Virus record (IMG/VR): IMGVR_UViG_3300045988_076504
Span: 36,080-100,079 of that record
DNA length: 64,000 nucleotides
DNA from: a virus
Reading direction: 5' to 3' (one strand)
A program made the translations under genes and the position numbers. Position 1 is the stretch's first letter. Every line of letters begins with the position of its first letter. Positions 27,301 through 41,300 of this stretch are shown piece by piece. The notes under the pieces are model-generated. The model was given only the letters and a program-made list of their open reading frames with translations, was not told the DNA's origin and made no database searches.

Positions 27301-30300
27301 GGTTTTCAGATAAAGAGAAATTTGGCGAATATGTAGGATTCCCTGTCGTGATGTATAAAAACGCAATAGTCGATCCGTCATATTATATTGCAGATACATC
27401 TATTCGTAATGAAGATACAATGTATCCTAAACAAATACGCCTCGTTAAGGATTTAAAGGACAAAAAGGGCAATCTCATATGTAAGGCTGGTGATATATTA
27501 CAAGGAGCTGCTATATTGTAGGATCAAGATAAACAAACATTAACAACGTTGTTTTATCAGTCTATAAAATCACAGAAGATGAATTTCAACTTCTTCAACA
27601 TTAGAAATTCTAAAGGTGAGAATGGAAGATATGAATATTCATATTAGCCTACAAATACAGACAGATCAATATCTCAGTTGCCTATAGGGTGGTTTGATAA
27701 TATTAGAATAGGTCTTACAGGTTTGTATAACAAAGATGGTTCTGTTAATAAGTCTAACAAATCATTTGAAACGACAAGGCAATTCTTGATGTCCATAAGA
27801 AACCAGCTTATTAATAATTCTGGATAGGTATAGATTGGTGATAAGATATATAAAATGAGCGACGCCGCTGATTTCGATCATGTTGTTTCTGCTACTGTAC
27901 AATCTTTAAATAATGTTGGCATAATGGTAAATAAAGCAACATGGTACAACATGTTGCATCGATTAAATCCGAACGAAACCGATTACACAATATCGTTTAG
28001 AGAGATCATGACAGCAAGTAACGAAAAAGGTCTTAGTATCGCGCCATTTATAGAAAAAGGTGGAGTATTAGATAAATTACAAAAAGCTGTTGATTCTGGC
28101 GATTTGAATATGTTTACACAAGACGTTGCACAAACTGGAAAGAGAGGTGGTTATTCTGGAGCATATTTATACGCTAGAAATAATTTTGTTAGAAGACTTG
28201 CTGAAGAAACCGGTGTATATCGGTCAGCAACATCTGAAATAATGACAATTGGAGCAGGAGATACTAAATTGTATATGTATGCTCAAAACAATACCGCATC
28301 TGATGTTACTGACGATTTGAATTCATCTCTTAACGAAGACGGTACGGTTAGAGAAGGATCTATTTTGAGCGATATGTAGAATGTAGAATATGTAGTTTAT
28401 CATGACGACCGTGGCGGTATACATGGATCTGTAATAGCAAAGGCTTTATTAGATCCTAATTTTAATAGAAATCATAACAGACTCGAAGTTATTACAGAAG
28501 CCGGTTCTAAACAAAGATTTGGACCAAGAGATAGCGTAAAGTTTGCAGAAATGGAAAAACGAACAGATTATCTTTCTCGTATTCAAAAAATAACAGACGG
28601 TCTTATCATATTCCCAACATTGTCTGATAAATCCACATATATGACAATAAAAGGTTTTGATAAACAGTACAGACTTCCAGGATTTAATTACGACTAGAAT
28701 ATTACAGAAACAAGTTCTACTGCAGATTTAAATAATTTCGGGAAACTTCCGTTCATAAATAAAAACAACGGTGCTCTTATATTTGATGCTGCTGATAAAT
28801 ACAACAATTATTCTCAAAACGAAGTGATCGACCAGTTTATAGAGTATTATGAAGCAGAACATCGTAATGTGTTAAAAACGTTAAATGAACTTGGATTTGG
28901 TCCGGACAAAAGTAAAAAATTACCTAAAGAATAGCTGGTTAAGAACTATCATACCGGTAGTATGAACGGTGCGAGATATACTTCTATTTCTGGAATATAT
29001 GATGAAAATGGTAATTTTATATCATTTAATTTTAAAACCGATTCCGAAGATAAAGGTGTTATTGAATGCAACAAGATTGCAGAAACAGAATTCTTTAGTA
29101 AGCCGATAGAAGAAAAAAGAGCGATTGTTGCTAGAATATTAAAACACAGACTTGATGACGAATTACGCGGTTTGGTTGATGCCGGAATTATACAAAAGCA
29201 AAATAATGACAATTCTTCTCGGAAGAATGCAGATTATAATAATTATAAAAACGTGTTTTTATCGAATAGTGTGATAACACAACTAAAATAGGCGTATTCG
29301 TTAAATGAAAACTTTAAGAAAGCTGCGCCTGGATCATTAAATACTGAAAGTTTAGCTGTAGTAGCGTATGTATACGATATTATGTGTAAACATCTGATGT
29401 GTATAGAAGAAACACGTAGATTCTATACAGGTATGCCCCAGTTCTTTAAAACAAGTTTCGGAGAAGATGGTCGTTTAACTGTTTTTGGAAATGATGAAAC
29501 AAAACGTTACGGTGGTGTCGGATCTACTGGTGTAAACAATAGAGAAGATATTCCGGGAATGAACGATGATTATCGTGTAGCTGAAATAAATGATTGGGAA
29601 ACACCGTCTCCGGTTTTAGATTCTTTAGGAACGTTGTTTAAGATTGGAGAATATAGAGAGGCAGTCGCTAATATAAGATTGCGAGAGCTTGGAGAAAATG
29701 CAAACGAAATTTAGAAATATGCTTTGTATGATTCTGTAAATTAGATGGACGAAGATGCAATGCGAGAAGTACTAGATGAAGCAGGCGTATTAAAAATGCT
29801 GGATAAAAAGATAGAAAAAGAAGCAAAGGCTTTCTCTAATGTGAATGTAGCTGATGGTACGGCATTCATTAGTGACAAGATGTGCGAAAATCTTTTGAAA
29901 CAGCGTGGCGCATTTACAAAAGCTGTTGAAAATGCATTTAAAATACTGCGTAGTGATTCTGACGATTATCTGAAATTGTCCCAGTCATATAAAATTATAC
30001 ACAACGCTATGATCTCTACATAGAAATATTCAGCGTTTGGTTATAGAATGGAGAATGGTACACCTGTACATTATTATAATAAATATGCATTATTTCCGGT
30101 CTTTAAAGGAATATCGTACGGCTTTATGAAGAATCTGTATGAAAAAATGAATGACGCTGAGAATGGAGTAGATGTTGTATTGTTTACATCTGCTGTTAAA
30201 GCAGGATCTCGTGGAGCACAGCGTTTTGATCCGAACATATCTCAAGAAGAAATTAAAAATTTCTCGTTTAAGGGTCATATATATAAGTAGAAATACAAAC

Positions 30301-31157
30301 ATATGCGTAGACAGTTGAACACTGATCCTAGAACAGACGAAATAATGTCTGCTGGTACACAGGCGTTAAAAGTTGTATTATCTACATTACGAGACGGATA
30401 GACATACAATATACTTGGACCAGACGGTTAGATACACGAAGCCACATCTTCCGAAGTTAGAGATCGTGTAATGGAATTACTCAATAAGATTGCTGATTCA
30501 GGGTGGAATAAGTTGTAGGATCAATTCTTCACAAACGGCAACCTTGATTATTCAAAACTACAAGACTTCTTAATTCATGAGTTACTTGGAAGAGATGCTG
30601 ATCAAAATATACTCGATGCTTTGTAGCTCAATGAAAACAAAGATGGCTTCATAGTAGATTTAAATAGTGTTTCTAACATGACTTGGGTTGAAAGTATTTT
30701 GACGTCCAAAGTAAACAAAGATGTTATTGATTTACAACTTAAGGGAAACGCATTCTATCAGAGATCTGTATTTGGTATGGATAGTCCTTATATCGCAATG
30801 AGCGACGATGAAGTGTCCAACGAAATAAATGGAGGAAAACCATTACAAATGATCAATGAAGAAGGTAGTATGGATGCTGTGGTATCTATAGATTATTTTA
30901 TGGATATTATTCCAAAAGAATACAAATACAATTTTAATAAAGCTAAGCAGTGGCTTATAGATAATGGTATTATATCCGGTGTAAAAACTGGAGAAATAGC
31001 ATGGAGCAATGCAGAAGCAAACACCATGTCGTATCGTATTCCTACACAGGCTGCATCTTCAATCGGCGCATTACGATTTGTAGATGTGTTACCTATTGTC
31101 AGAGACACTATTGTACTGCCTAAAGAATTTACAGCTTAGACTGGTTCTGACTTCGAT
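18366..31157 (+). CDS. Exon 1 of the giant virion RNA polymerase polyprotein (4,264 codons, ~41 TAG)
   Basis: Twenty-one track ORFs from 18759 to 30678 are all in frame 0, and every gap contains only TAG. The exon ends ...TGSDFD at 31157. It contains a RecB-like nuclease motif set (GETDMLAI / IVDYKTSK / QLNAYRQM) and HEAFH at 26135-26149. Confidence 0.8.
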
Positions 31158-32083
31158 AAACATCAATGTCGAAATAAAAGTATGTGAATTGCTGGGAAAT
31201 CCCTATGGGACAATCAGCAGCCTAGCCCTACGAAAGGGAAGGTTCAACGACTAATAGTATATTATATAATAATTCCTCATAAATTGAAGAAAGAAATGAA
31301 AAAGATTTTAAAAAATAGATTAAATGAAAATGGTAGAAATCTCCTAATTGCCGCTGCACTTGGAGATGGATGTATAAGTAAACAAGGATAGATGTTAATA
31401 AATCATTCTTGGAAGCAATACGAATATTGTAAATGGAAACGAGAACTTTTAAAAAAGAACGGAATAAAAGTAGGTGTTTTACAACGTTTTGAAGGTTCAA
31501 ATGGATATTTAAAACACACAATACAATATAGATTTTGCATTGGTATTACACCATTTAACAAAGTTCTAAGACGTATTATGTACAATGAACACGGTAAACA
31601 TTATTCTCGTAAATTATTAAACAGACTAAGTCAACAAGGTCTTGCCTTGTGGTTTATGGACGACGGTGCAATATTACGTAGAAAATATAAAGGTAAATAT
31701 TGCGGGTTCTATTTAAGAATATCTACATATTGTACATCACAAGAAGCTGATGATATTATTAAATATTTTGTTGAAGAATGGGATATACACCCTACCAAAG
31801 TACATGAAAATAAAATAAAACATTATGATGCTTATACTATCAATTTTGGAGCAAAAGAAGGTAAGAAGTTAATAGATATAATTAAGCCTTATATGTGTCC
31901 AAGTATGATGTATAAAGTGTTATATGATATCGAAGAATTAAAATCTTATTATGATATACAAGATGTGAGGGAAGTTCTCACAGAAAGTACATTAGAGTCT
32001 GATAGACTACTAATGGAAGCGCATACTACATCGAAAGATGTAAAGATATAGTCTAATCTTCGTAGCAATACGAAGTATAAATG
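31158..32083 (+). mobile_element. Group I intron (926 nt) carrying a homing endonuclease gene
   Basis: P1: exon ttcgat(31152-57) pairs with gtcgaa(31168-73), with a U.G pair at the splice site. P10: caat(31164-67) pairs with exon-2 attg(32084-87). The last intron nucleotide is G. The core-like string is aaggttcaacgacta, and gacta pairs with tagtc at 32049-53. A hairpin cttcgta-gcaa-tacgaag lies at 32058-32075. Removal shifts frame 0 to frame 2 and restores GSDFD-IDKLY. Confidence 0.85.
31296..32051 (+). CDS. LAGLIDADG homing endonuclease with two motifs, encoded in the intron (251 aa to TAG 32049-51; one internal TAG at 31389-91)
   Basis: The motifs are LLIAAALGDGC and GLALWFMDDGA. ATG 31296 is in frame with track ORF 31392..32051 through TAG. 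If the terminal TAG is also read through, the ORF ends at TGA 32082-84. Confidence 0.85.
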
Positions 32084-35000
32084 ATTGATAAGTTATATAT
32101 GTCTACACTTCATTATGATGTAGAGTCTGTTGACAACGATTATATCGATAAAAAAGGATAGATACACAGAAGAAAGACATATAACGCTAAATCTTACAAT
32201 TTATCAGATGTTACAAACAATAACACAAACGAGTTGTTGCGCATATATTTGTCTTTGTTAAAAGATACCGGATAGTACAAAGATGGAAAGATTGTAGGTG
32301 GAAGATACGGACACGTATTAAGAAGATCTATTGATAGTGATACGGATTTGATAAAAGAGGTTCTTTCAGAAATAGAAAGTAGTATAGAACAAAAAGCATA
32401 CGAACCGTATCAATTTGAAAGTATGTCGTTTTAGGTTAATACCAGATCTGCATTTGCAACCGGTAAAACTGGTATCGGACCATTTGCGCTGAATAACAAC
32501 AGTCAAATTCTTACACAAATATATGGCATCAAGTTTATAAACGATGGTGGTATATTAAGTTCTTTCGGAGCTTTATCATTAGATAGGACTTCGGACGTTG
32601 ATGGAAAATCTATATTATCTTGGATTTCTGGTATGATTAATGCTCACGTAGACGTTGCGAAAGACCCGTATATATTGAGATTAAATATCAATAAAGACAC
32701 ATATAATCTTGCAGCATTGTTATTACGTTTAGGATTTGGAAGACACGCTCTTTATTTCTTAAACAATCCTGTAATGAGAGAGCTTTCTGCTATACGAAAT
32801 GAGCAGGACGGATAGATTGTAAACGACCCTGGAAAAACTCCAACACAGCGTAAAGAAAAAGCTGAGAATGAATACATTAAAGATGTATTCGGTAGTAATA
32901 GTGTGGCATTCTCATACGTAAATGCAAAACCAGATGAAAAAGATGATATTGCTAAACGAGCTTTTAAAACGATTGTACAGATATTTGGAAATCCTTTTAA
33001 AGAACATAAAGATACTACAATATTACAAAGTATTTGTTAGAGTTTGTATGGAGAAAATGGTGAGAAAAAGGTAACAGATCTGTCAAAGGACAAGATATAT
33101 AAGTTGGAAGATGGTACAAAATTATCACCATTTGAAGTTCAACAATATGTATATATAGCATCTAAAGAATTTGAATCTTACGCTTAGGGTTTGTCAGACT
33201 TAGTACAATATACTAAAATCGACACAAAGAAACAAGGTATAAATTATACAGAACAGTAGAAGTATTTGCAAGGTTATGAGAAACTTTACAATAGCGGAAT
33301 GTTTAATTCAAATCTGAAACAATTGTTGAACGATTCTTATATACATACAAAAACAATATACGGTACTTCATTCTTACCTAGAGTATTAGGCGGACAAATG
33401 ATCCATATGTCATATCAATTCCAAGCTGAAACAGAATCGATTTTGGATAAAATTAACAACCATTCTAAAAATTCTAGAGAAGCTGTACAAAAAGCAATGC
33501 TGTGTTATATTAAACAAAAAGCTTTCAATAAGGCGTTTAAAGATTATGTTGATAAATATAACGAGCAAAATAATACAGACTACACAATAGAGAAATATTG
33601 GGAACATTTAATAAAAGGAAACGATACTTTATCTAATCGTATTTAGAAGCTACAGAGATGGATATAGGCTGATAATAAAGGACTGCTAAAAGAATTCGGT
33701 TAGAATGGTGTTATAACAAATGCGATACTTAAGAACTTATATCCGGTACCGTACATATCTCAATATGGGCAAGATCACTTTGATATTATCACTTTAGGAA
33801 ATAATAGCGAAGATGAAAAATCTATAAGTAATGATTATATATATTCATGGGAACAGATGTTAAATTATACAAATAGTGAACGTCTGGGATTACAGAAATA
33901 TATTAGAGATTTAGCTAACGATCTTGCTATATACGCATTTATGACATCTGCAGACAGTAAAGGATTTACAAAATTCTTTAAATACGCGCCACTTCAATGG
34001 AGAAAAGAGTTTGGATATTGTGATAATATTGCGGAAGCAAACAAAGAATATCAAGAAGGTGGTCTCACATTAACTACAGACAATGTTAGCGAATACGGTA
34101 TCGATTTCGATGATTTTATATAGAATTTCTATTACGACAACAATATATTACCGGAAACGTCTTTAACTGATCGTAATGGTCGCCAACAAATGGTTACTTC
34201 AGCATTTACATATAACACTCTTGACGAATACGGTAATCCTACATTACGTACAGAACCTAAAAATATAATAGGTCTTAACATGCGTGGTAATAAATATGCA
34301 CAAAGTATTAGTAAAAACAAAGACGGATACTTCCCAGAATATATAAAAACACGTAGAAACGGAACACGATATAACGATAACGATCAATTCCTATTGTATA
34401 AACTCGTAGATGTCGGAATTGTAAAGAATGGAAATGTCGAATTAGAATATCCAATATATCAAATTATAAACGCCAAAGGTTTACAAATGCAAATTGGTTC
34501 ACAAACATATCAATTCTATTCTTGTGGAATGAATGATAATTACGAGCGTTCTCAATTTACCACGAAAGATAAATCTGGAAATAGGGTAAAGCCAACCATG
34601 GAGCAAGTGCAAGAGTCTTATAATAACCGCAAAGCTGCTTTATAGAAATACATCAATGAGAATAATTATTCTATACTTGATGCGGTTAAGAAAGCAGGAC
34701 TCGTTAGTAAGAATGATATATTTGGAGGACAGTTATCTAGTATACAAGAAGCGGCATATAGCGGTATAGGTTCAAATAAGAATACTGTGAATGTTAACTT
34801 CGGAGCAAGCGATAATCCACATTTGTCTAATTTTGCAAAACGTCCTATTTCTGATATATTTGACGTAGTTGAAAGTTTTATTAATTCTCCAGAGTTTTAT
34901 AAAATAAAATCTACGGTTAAACATAAGGCAGACACTGTAGAAAATGCGTTCTAGGCGTTAAAAGTGTTGTATTCTGATTTGAATGATAATGATAAGGTGG

Positions 35001-35386
35001 TTAAATTTAATCATATTATATCACTACCGTCTGCAAAACAAGCTAGAGCGGAAGGTAGATCGTTACCTATTAGTAGTACAAAACTTAAAATGTGGGACGA
35101 TATAAGTACTGATGTATTACAGTCTTTGATGAGGGCTTCTTTTGAGCAGAATGAAGACGCAGCGCAAGCATTGGTTGATACTGGTGATAAAATAATAACA
35201 CATGATAACGCAAAAGGTGAATCTTTAGATGATAGATTTGCTCCAGCATTGACTCAGATACGCCAAGAGTTAATAGATGGAGGACATGCTCCAAACACTG
35301 TAAAACAACAATAGTCTTTGAAAGATTATCCCGCTAACGAGGCTCTTGATGAATTAGCAGATCAAATAGACGAACAATGTAAATAA
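32084..35386 (+). CDS. Exon 2 of the giant virion RNAP polyprotein (1,100 aa, ~14 TAG), with a NADAR/DUF1768-like C-terminal domain
   Basis: Frame 2 is open from the splice site and joins track ORFs 32633, 33266, 33857, 34190 and 34964. The true stop is TAA 35384-35386. The C-terminus reads HLSNF ... ENAFQALK ... MWDD ... ASFEQNEDAAQALVDTGDKIITH. Confidence 0.8.
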
Positions 35387-35395
35387 CAAATCATT

Positions 35396-38300
35396 ATGGT
35401 ATGTTTAATTAAAAGTAAATATAAAGAAGAATTAGATTTATACACATAGTTGCTAGGCTCTGAAAAACGAGCCTACGCGATTTTGTGTTGTAATAACGGA
35501 TATACTCTAGACAAGACTAAAGATGGAAAACCATCTAAATTGTATAATGATTTGTTAGAGTATTATAAAGGAGATGTAACAAAAGCTGTGCAAAAGAAAG
35601 CATAGCTTTTTACATCTGAATTTACAAAAGATTACGGTCAATGGTACCAAGACGGATATGAAATATCTGACGAATATAAAGATGTATTTGATGAGAATGG
35701 AGAACCGCTGCTTAACGGCACACATTTTGGTACAGCAGATAATAAGATATTACTCGGCGGGCAGAAAAAATTTGCATCAATAGAAGAGGAGGAACAATAT
35801 ATATTAGAGCACGCTACACGTGATGAAAATGGAAAACTATTGGCACCTAATGGCAAACCTTCAAATCTTACAGAAAAACAATACGCTCAAGTGAGAACTA
35901 AAGCCTTTAAAGAGTGGTTTGGTGATTGGGAGAATGATCCAGAGAGTGCTTCTAAGGTAATAGATGAAAATGGAGAACCTTTGGTTGTTTATCATAATAC
36001 ACCATTTAAATTCAATGGTATATTTGATATGGATCATGTTTCAAGAATTATGCCGTAGATGTCAGAGCCATTTGGTCATGTAAGGACTAAAGAAACCGCC
36101 AATACTATAAAAGGTTCACAATACGCTCTTTTCCTCAATTTAAAAAATCCATTAGAAACTCCTGATTTTGTCCACGAATCTGTAAGTTCCATGTTATCCG
36201 AGCTGTATAAACAAGGTATCATTTCTAGAGAAAAATATTCTTCTCTCAGAGGAATATCTAATTCAGAATTAAGAAATTTGATGCTTTCTTTGGGATATGA
36301 TGGTACAAAATATGAAAATAAAGCAGAAAGAGGCGGGATTTCTTATAGTTTTATAACACCTAATCAAATTAAATCAGCAACAGACAACGTAGGTACATTC
36401 TCTAAAACTAACGATAATATATACAAAAGACGTGGTGAAAAGAGAGACAACCATATGTACAACAGGGAGCGTGCTGTAAAATATATTAAGGATCAAGGAT
36501 ACACAATAGACAATCTGGTTCATGACACATATGAGACAAGATTTGAAGTCACATTAAAAGCTAAAACTAAAGAAGACGTTTGGAGATCGTATATAAAGAA
36601 TATGGATCCTGCGTTAAAGGTTAAATATGCAGGAGTACGTATTGGTAAGAAAGACCCTAGACTTGAAGTTTAGATTAAAACCAAAGAAAGTGAGTCACTA
36701 ACTAATCTAAATCAGTTTCTTGATAAAAAATCTTTAAATACTGCGCAAGATCTTTTACAATATATTATAAAACAAACTAAAGACGAGAATAATCAGAATT
36801 TTTCTTTCATCCGTGCTGTATTAAAAGATATTAATAAAACTGTTCCCGAATTATTTAGTAATATCAATGTCAAAGTAATTGCCGATAACAATGGTAATTA
36901 TTCTGCGAAATATGACAATAATACAAAAACTATAATTATAAATAGTGCAAGATCGTTCGGCAACGAAAATAATTTCAACGATGAGTTAATACAGACATTG
37001 ACTCATGAAATGATACATGCTGTTACGGTGGAAGCGTTATAGAGATCTAAACAATTGCGTGAAAGAGCTGAAAGATTATTATCAGAGCTCAAAAAACAAT
37101 TTAACAATGATCCAGATATTCAAGGTATACAGGATGTGTACGAAATGGTTGCCGAATTAAGTAACGATGAATTTATCAAAAAATTGTAGTAGATACAATA
37201 TTCTACTGATGAAACATGGTTTGATAAGATAAGAAGATTTATATCTACTGTTATTCGTCACTATCTACGTAAAATAGGGCTACAATATAAAAATACCGCA
37301 TATTCAGAACTCGCTAATATTTTTGTACAATCTGCGTACGGTAAGAAAACCGGTTTATAGATGTCTGAAAACATAGATGAAAAGACGGTTTTTAATAGAA
37401 ACTCTAAAAAACGCATACAAGAAGCTAAAAAGAAAGTAAAAGCTAAACTGAAGGAAGGTATACATATTGTCGGAACACGTGATTCTACATAGAAGCTTAT
37501 AGACAAGTTGTCGCAGGATATAATATTAGGAACACGTAGTAAAAATAAAGCATATTCTTCTAAAAGAAACAGTAGTGTATCTTACGGAAATGAAAGGTAG
37601 ATTGCCAGAAACCAAGAAGCTGTAAATTTTGTAGACGAGCAAGCTAAAACTATAAACGAAGCTATAGCTGAGCGTGATGCAGAAAAACAATTAACCGAAC
37701 AAGCAAAACTTATACTCGATTTTATAGATCACGCTGATTCTGATATAAATGAAGTACTACAAATGCTTAAAAACGCATAGGATAACGACTACGATTTAAT
37801 ATATTATAATGTCGACCAATTTGGAAATAGATTGTATCAAGATCCGTCTGGCAATTCTATAACAGCTCAAACTGCAGGAAATAATACTATAGCCAAGTAG
37901 TTTTCATTCGATGATATACAATATATGACAACCGATATTTTAGGTTATTATCAAAAACTTCTAAGCGACATTGACAATATGTTATTGTAGGTACCAGTTG
38001 GCAAAAATGCAATTGTTGATGAAATTCGCGATCTTATGCAATCATTAAGACTACACGATCAACTTCGAGCTGCATCTAATATGAAACGACAAGCGCAAGA
38101 GAAAATGCTTGATTTTTATATAGATCAACGTATAAATCAACAAGAATCATCAGAACTTACTGATGAAATGAAACAGAGGTTGTCTATCAACATGAAAAAA
38201 TGGGTAAAATCCCAATATGATTTTGGAGATGTTGGAAGTTTCGCTGTATGGACGCAACTCATATCTGATTCAAAAAGTCCTATTGTGAGAATGATGGCAG

Positions 38301-41300
38301 ATGAAATCTATACAATGAATCAAGAAATAGATAGTGCTATTGTTCCGAGGGGTGAAGAATTAGAAAAAGCTTTAAAAGAAGCCGAAAACGAAATGTCTAT
38401 TTTAGGAAATCATAATCCAGTCAACGTAATGACGATGTTGATGCAAAAGGATAGACGTGGTTATTACAACGGAGATTTTGTACAACCTATTAACAGAAGA
38501 CAATATTTTCAAGATCTTGAAGATTTTAAAACTGCGTTGTTGTTTGGAAAGGGAGGGTTGCAAGACTAGTTAAAGAAAAAGATCAGCAATGACTTTGAAT
38601 TAGAACTAGACGAATATGGAGAACCTGCAATACCAACAGGTGTTGAGTTTGATGATATATACAAAGACTACAAACGTAAGATGGAAACGTTTATATGTGA
38701 TCATGCTAACAGACGTTTTACGAAAGAGTATTATTTGTCTCGCATAGACACATTGTCTCCAACTACTATTCGTGTATTAGATCAATTTAGTAGGAAAATT
38801 AGTAATTTGAAAAATTCTGCAACGGTTGATGGTAAATTCAGACCAGACCTGCTAAGTTCTAAACAGCGTGCAGAATTAGCACAGCTTTAGAAAGATAGAC
38901 AGGAATTAAGTAACCCGTATGATCAGTTTGGAGAATTAAAAGATCCGGATTTTATTGAAGGAATCGTAGCTAAGGAATTAAATGACTGGCAGGACGTAAT
39001 AAATGGAGAGATAAAATATAAAAGCGACGTAGAAGCGTTCAACGAATGTCTTAATAATATACAATCTCAAGCAGAAAAAGATCAATTTAAACGCATGTTT
39101 GCATATGTTGGTTTAAATCCTAACATGTATAACTTTTTAGCAAAATATGAGTATATAGGTCAAAATGATGCTGTTAGACAATTACTTGACGAAATAAGCG
39201 AACTACGTAAGAAACTTCGTAAACTAATCGGAATAAACAAAGATCGTTCGTCATATCTTGGTTATAATTGGGAATAGTTATTCGATATTCGTACAGGAGA
39301 GATAAAAAACGAAAAACTTTTAGCAGAAATACGTAACGTTGATGATTAGTTACAACTTAAATCACAAATGTTGCGTAATATAAGGAAGAGCGACAAAGAA
39401 GACGAAGATACATTTGGCGACAAATGGCAACTCATTCCAGGCGTTTCGTATGGCAGATTATTTACACAAATGTATTATGGTAGTGTAAATATAGATCCTA
39501 CTTAGAGTAGTACTCAGACTGTATATTCTCCAAATAACGACACTGTTTATGAAATCGTACGTAATAATTATATAAATTATCTGACTAGTAATGGAATGTC
39601 AATACAAGACGCTACAGATAAAGCATCTTAGATGTTAACTATAGGTCATAATACACCGTTGTCCATTTTCATGGTGTAGATGCCTAGCAGCAAAACATTT
39701 AAATACGAAGATGAAAATGGTGTCGAGCATAGTGAACCGTCTTTTGTATGGATTCCAAATCAATTATTTAGTAAGGTGGATACTGAAAATTCATCTTCTA
39801 GGTTTATAAATAAGCACTTTGACGAATCATCCGGAGAAAGTGTACAGCCGAAGGAAGAAGACTATAGAGACGAGCGGTATTACGAAATGATAAAGCATCC
39901 AAAACTTAACGATTTATACGACAAGCTCGTAAAAGGTATGTAGGATGTTTACAGTATATTGCCGTATTCTGGTAAATACGATATGAGACTTCCACAAATG
40001 GGAGCTAACACAGCTGCGATGTTGACAAGAAATTTATCAAACGATTATGGTTTTCATTTTGCATCAAACCTACGGTCTGTATTTAATAGATTTGCCAACG
40101 CTACTGAGATAGATACTGATTATTATATTCCAGAATACAATAGACGACCAGATGGCAGTACTATTAAAAACATACCAATTAGGTATATAAACAGAATAGA
40201 TGATTCTAGAAATATATCTTCAGACTTAGCTGGTGGTGTCATAGCGATGTTGAAAATGGCTACTAACTATAACGTTAAAAGTAAACATATATCTAAATTT
40301 GAATCTATATTAAATTCTATTAAGGAAAACGATGTTGGAGAATCTAATCAATCTCGTGTAGTAGAAGGAATGCTCGACAGATTAATGTATGAAAATCAAA
40401 ACAATACAAAGAAAAACAAGGATGTTGAAGATATAAGTAAGATTAGACGTATATTCATAGGTGGCCCTAAAACTCTGTTAAAACGTTTAGGAATCGCAAG
40501 AGGTGCTTCAACACTTATAAACCTTGCAGGTAGAGGTGTATCTATGATAGTTTCATTTTTAGATCCTTTGCTTAGTACGTTTATAGAATCACTTACCGGT
40601 AGATATTATGGTGCGCGCGATCTTATGTGTGGTGTATTCGATACATGTAGAGAGTTCCCATTAATGCTTGCTAGTATTTCTAGAAGAAAATCTTTTAGTA
40701 AAACTATGGCTATTATAGACGCTCTCGGTATGGAAAAACCTATAGAGCATAGATTTTCTAATATGCATCATTCTTCTATAAGACGACTTCTTTCTGACAA
40801 TTTAATGATGAAAGGATTTGAAGTTGGAGATTATACGATAAAAGCTTTTAACGTAAATAGTATATTTAGAACTTATAGAATGTACACCGATAGCAACGGG
40901 TAGGTTTCGTTCTTAAATAAATACGACTATATACAACATTGTATACAAGACGGGATGTCTAAAAAAGATGCGGTGAAAGCTTACAAAAGTGCAAGAAATG
41001 CTCGTTCTTATTTATATGTTAAAAATGGAAGCTTAGCTTTCAAGAGTGGTATGACAGAAGATCAATTTAGAAAACTTGGAAATGCTGCGAAAAAGATTTC
41101 ACAGAATATCACACTTATGGCTAATACTGAAGATAAAACGTGGATGCAAACTAATCCGTGGACAGCTTTCATTACAATGTTGCGTACATTTATGCTTGTA
41201 GGATTTGGAGAAAGGTTTAAGAATTTTAATGATTTTATTGTTGGTACAGACGAACATTACGATCCTACAACCGGAAATGTTATTACTGATATATCTGATA

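Noticed and set aside
31158-31185. Treating TGA 31183-85 as the true end of the RNAP gene, with 32081 onward as a separate gene
   Set aside because: That would truncate the catalytic DFDID loop. The P1/P10 pairings, the terminal G, the homing endonuclease and the exact restoration of the frame all argue for a group I intron.
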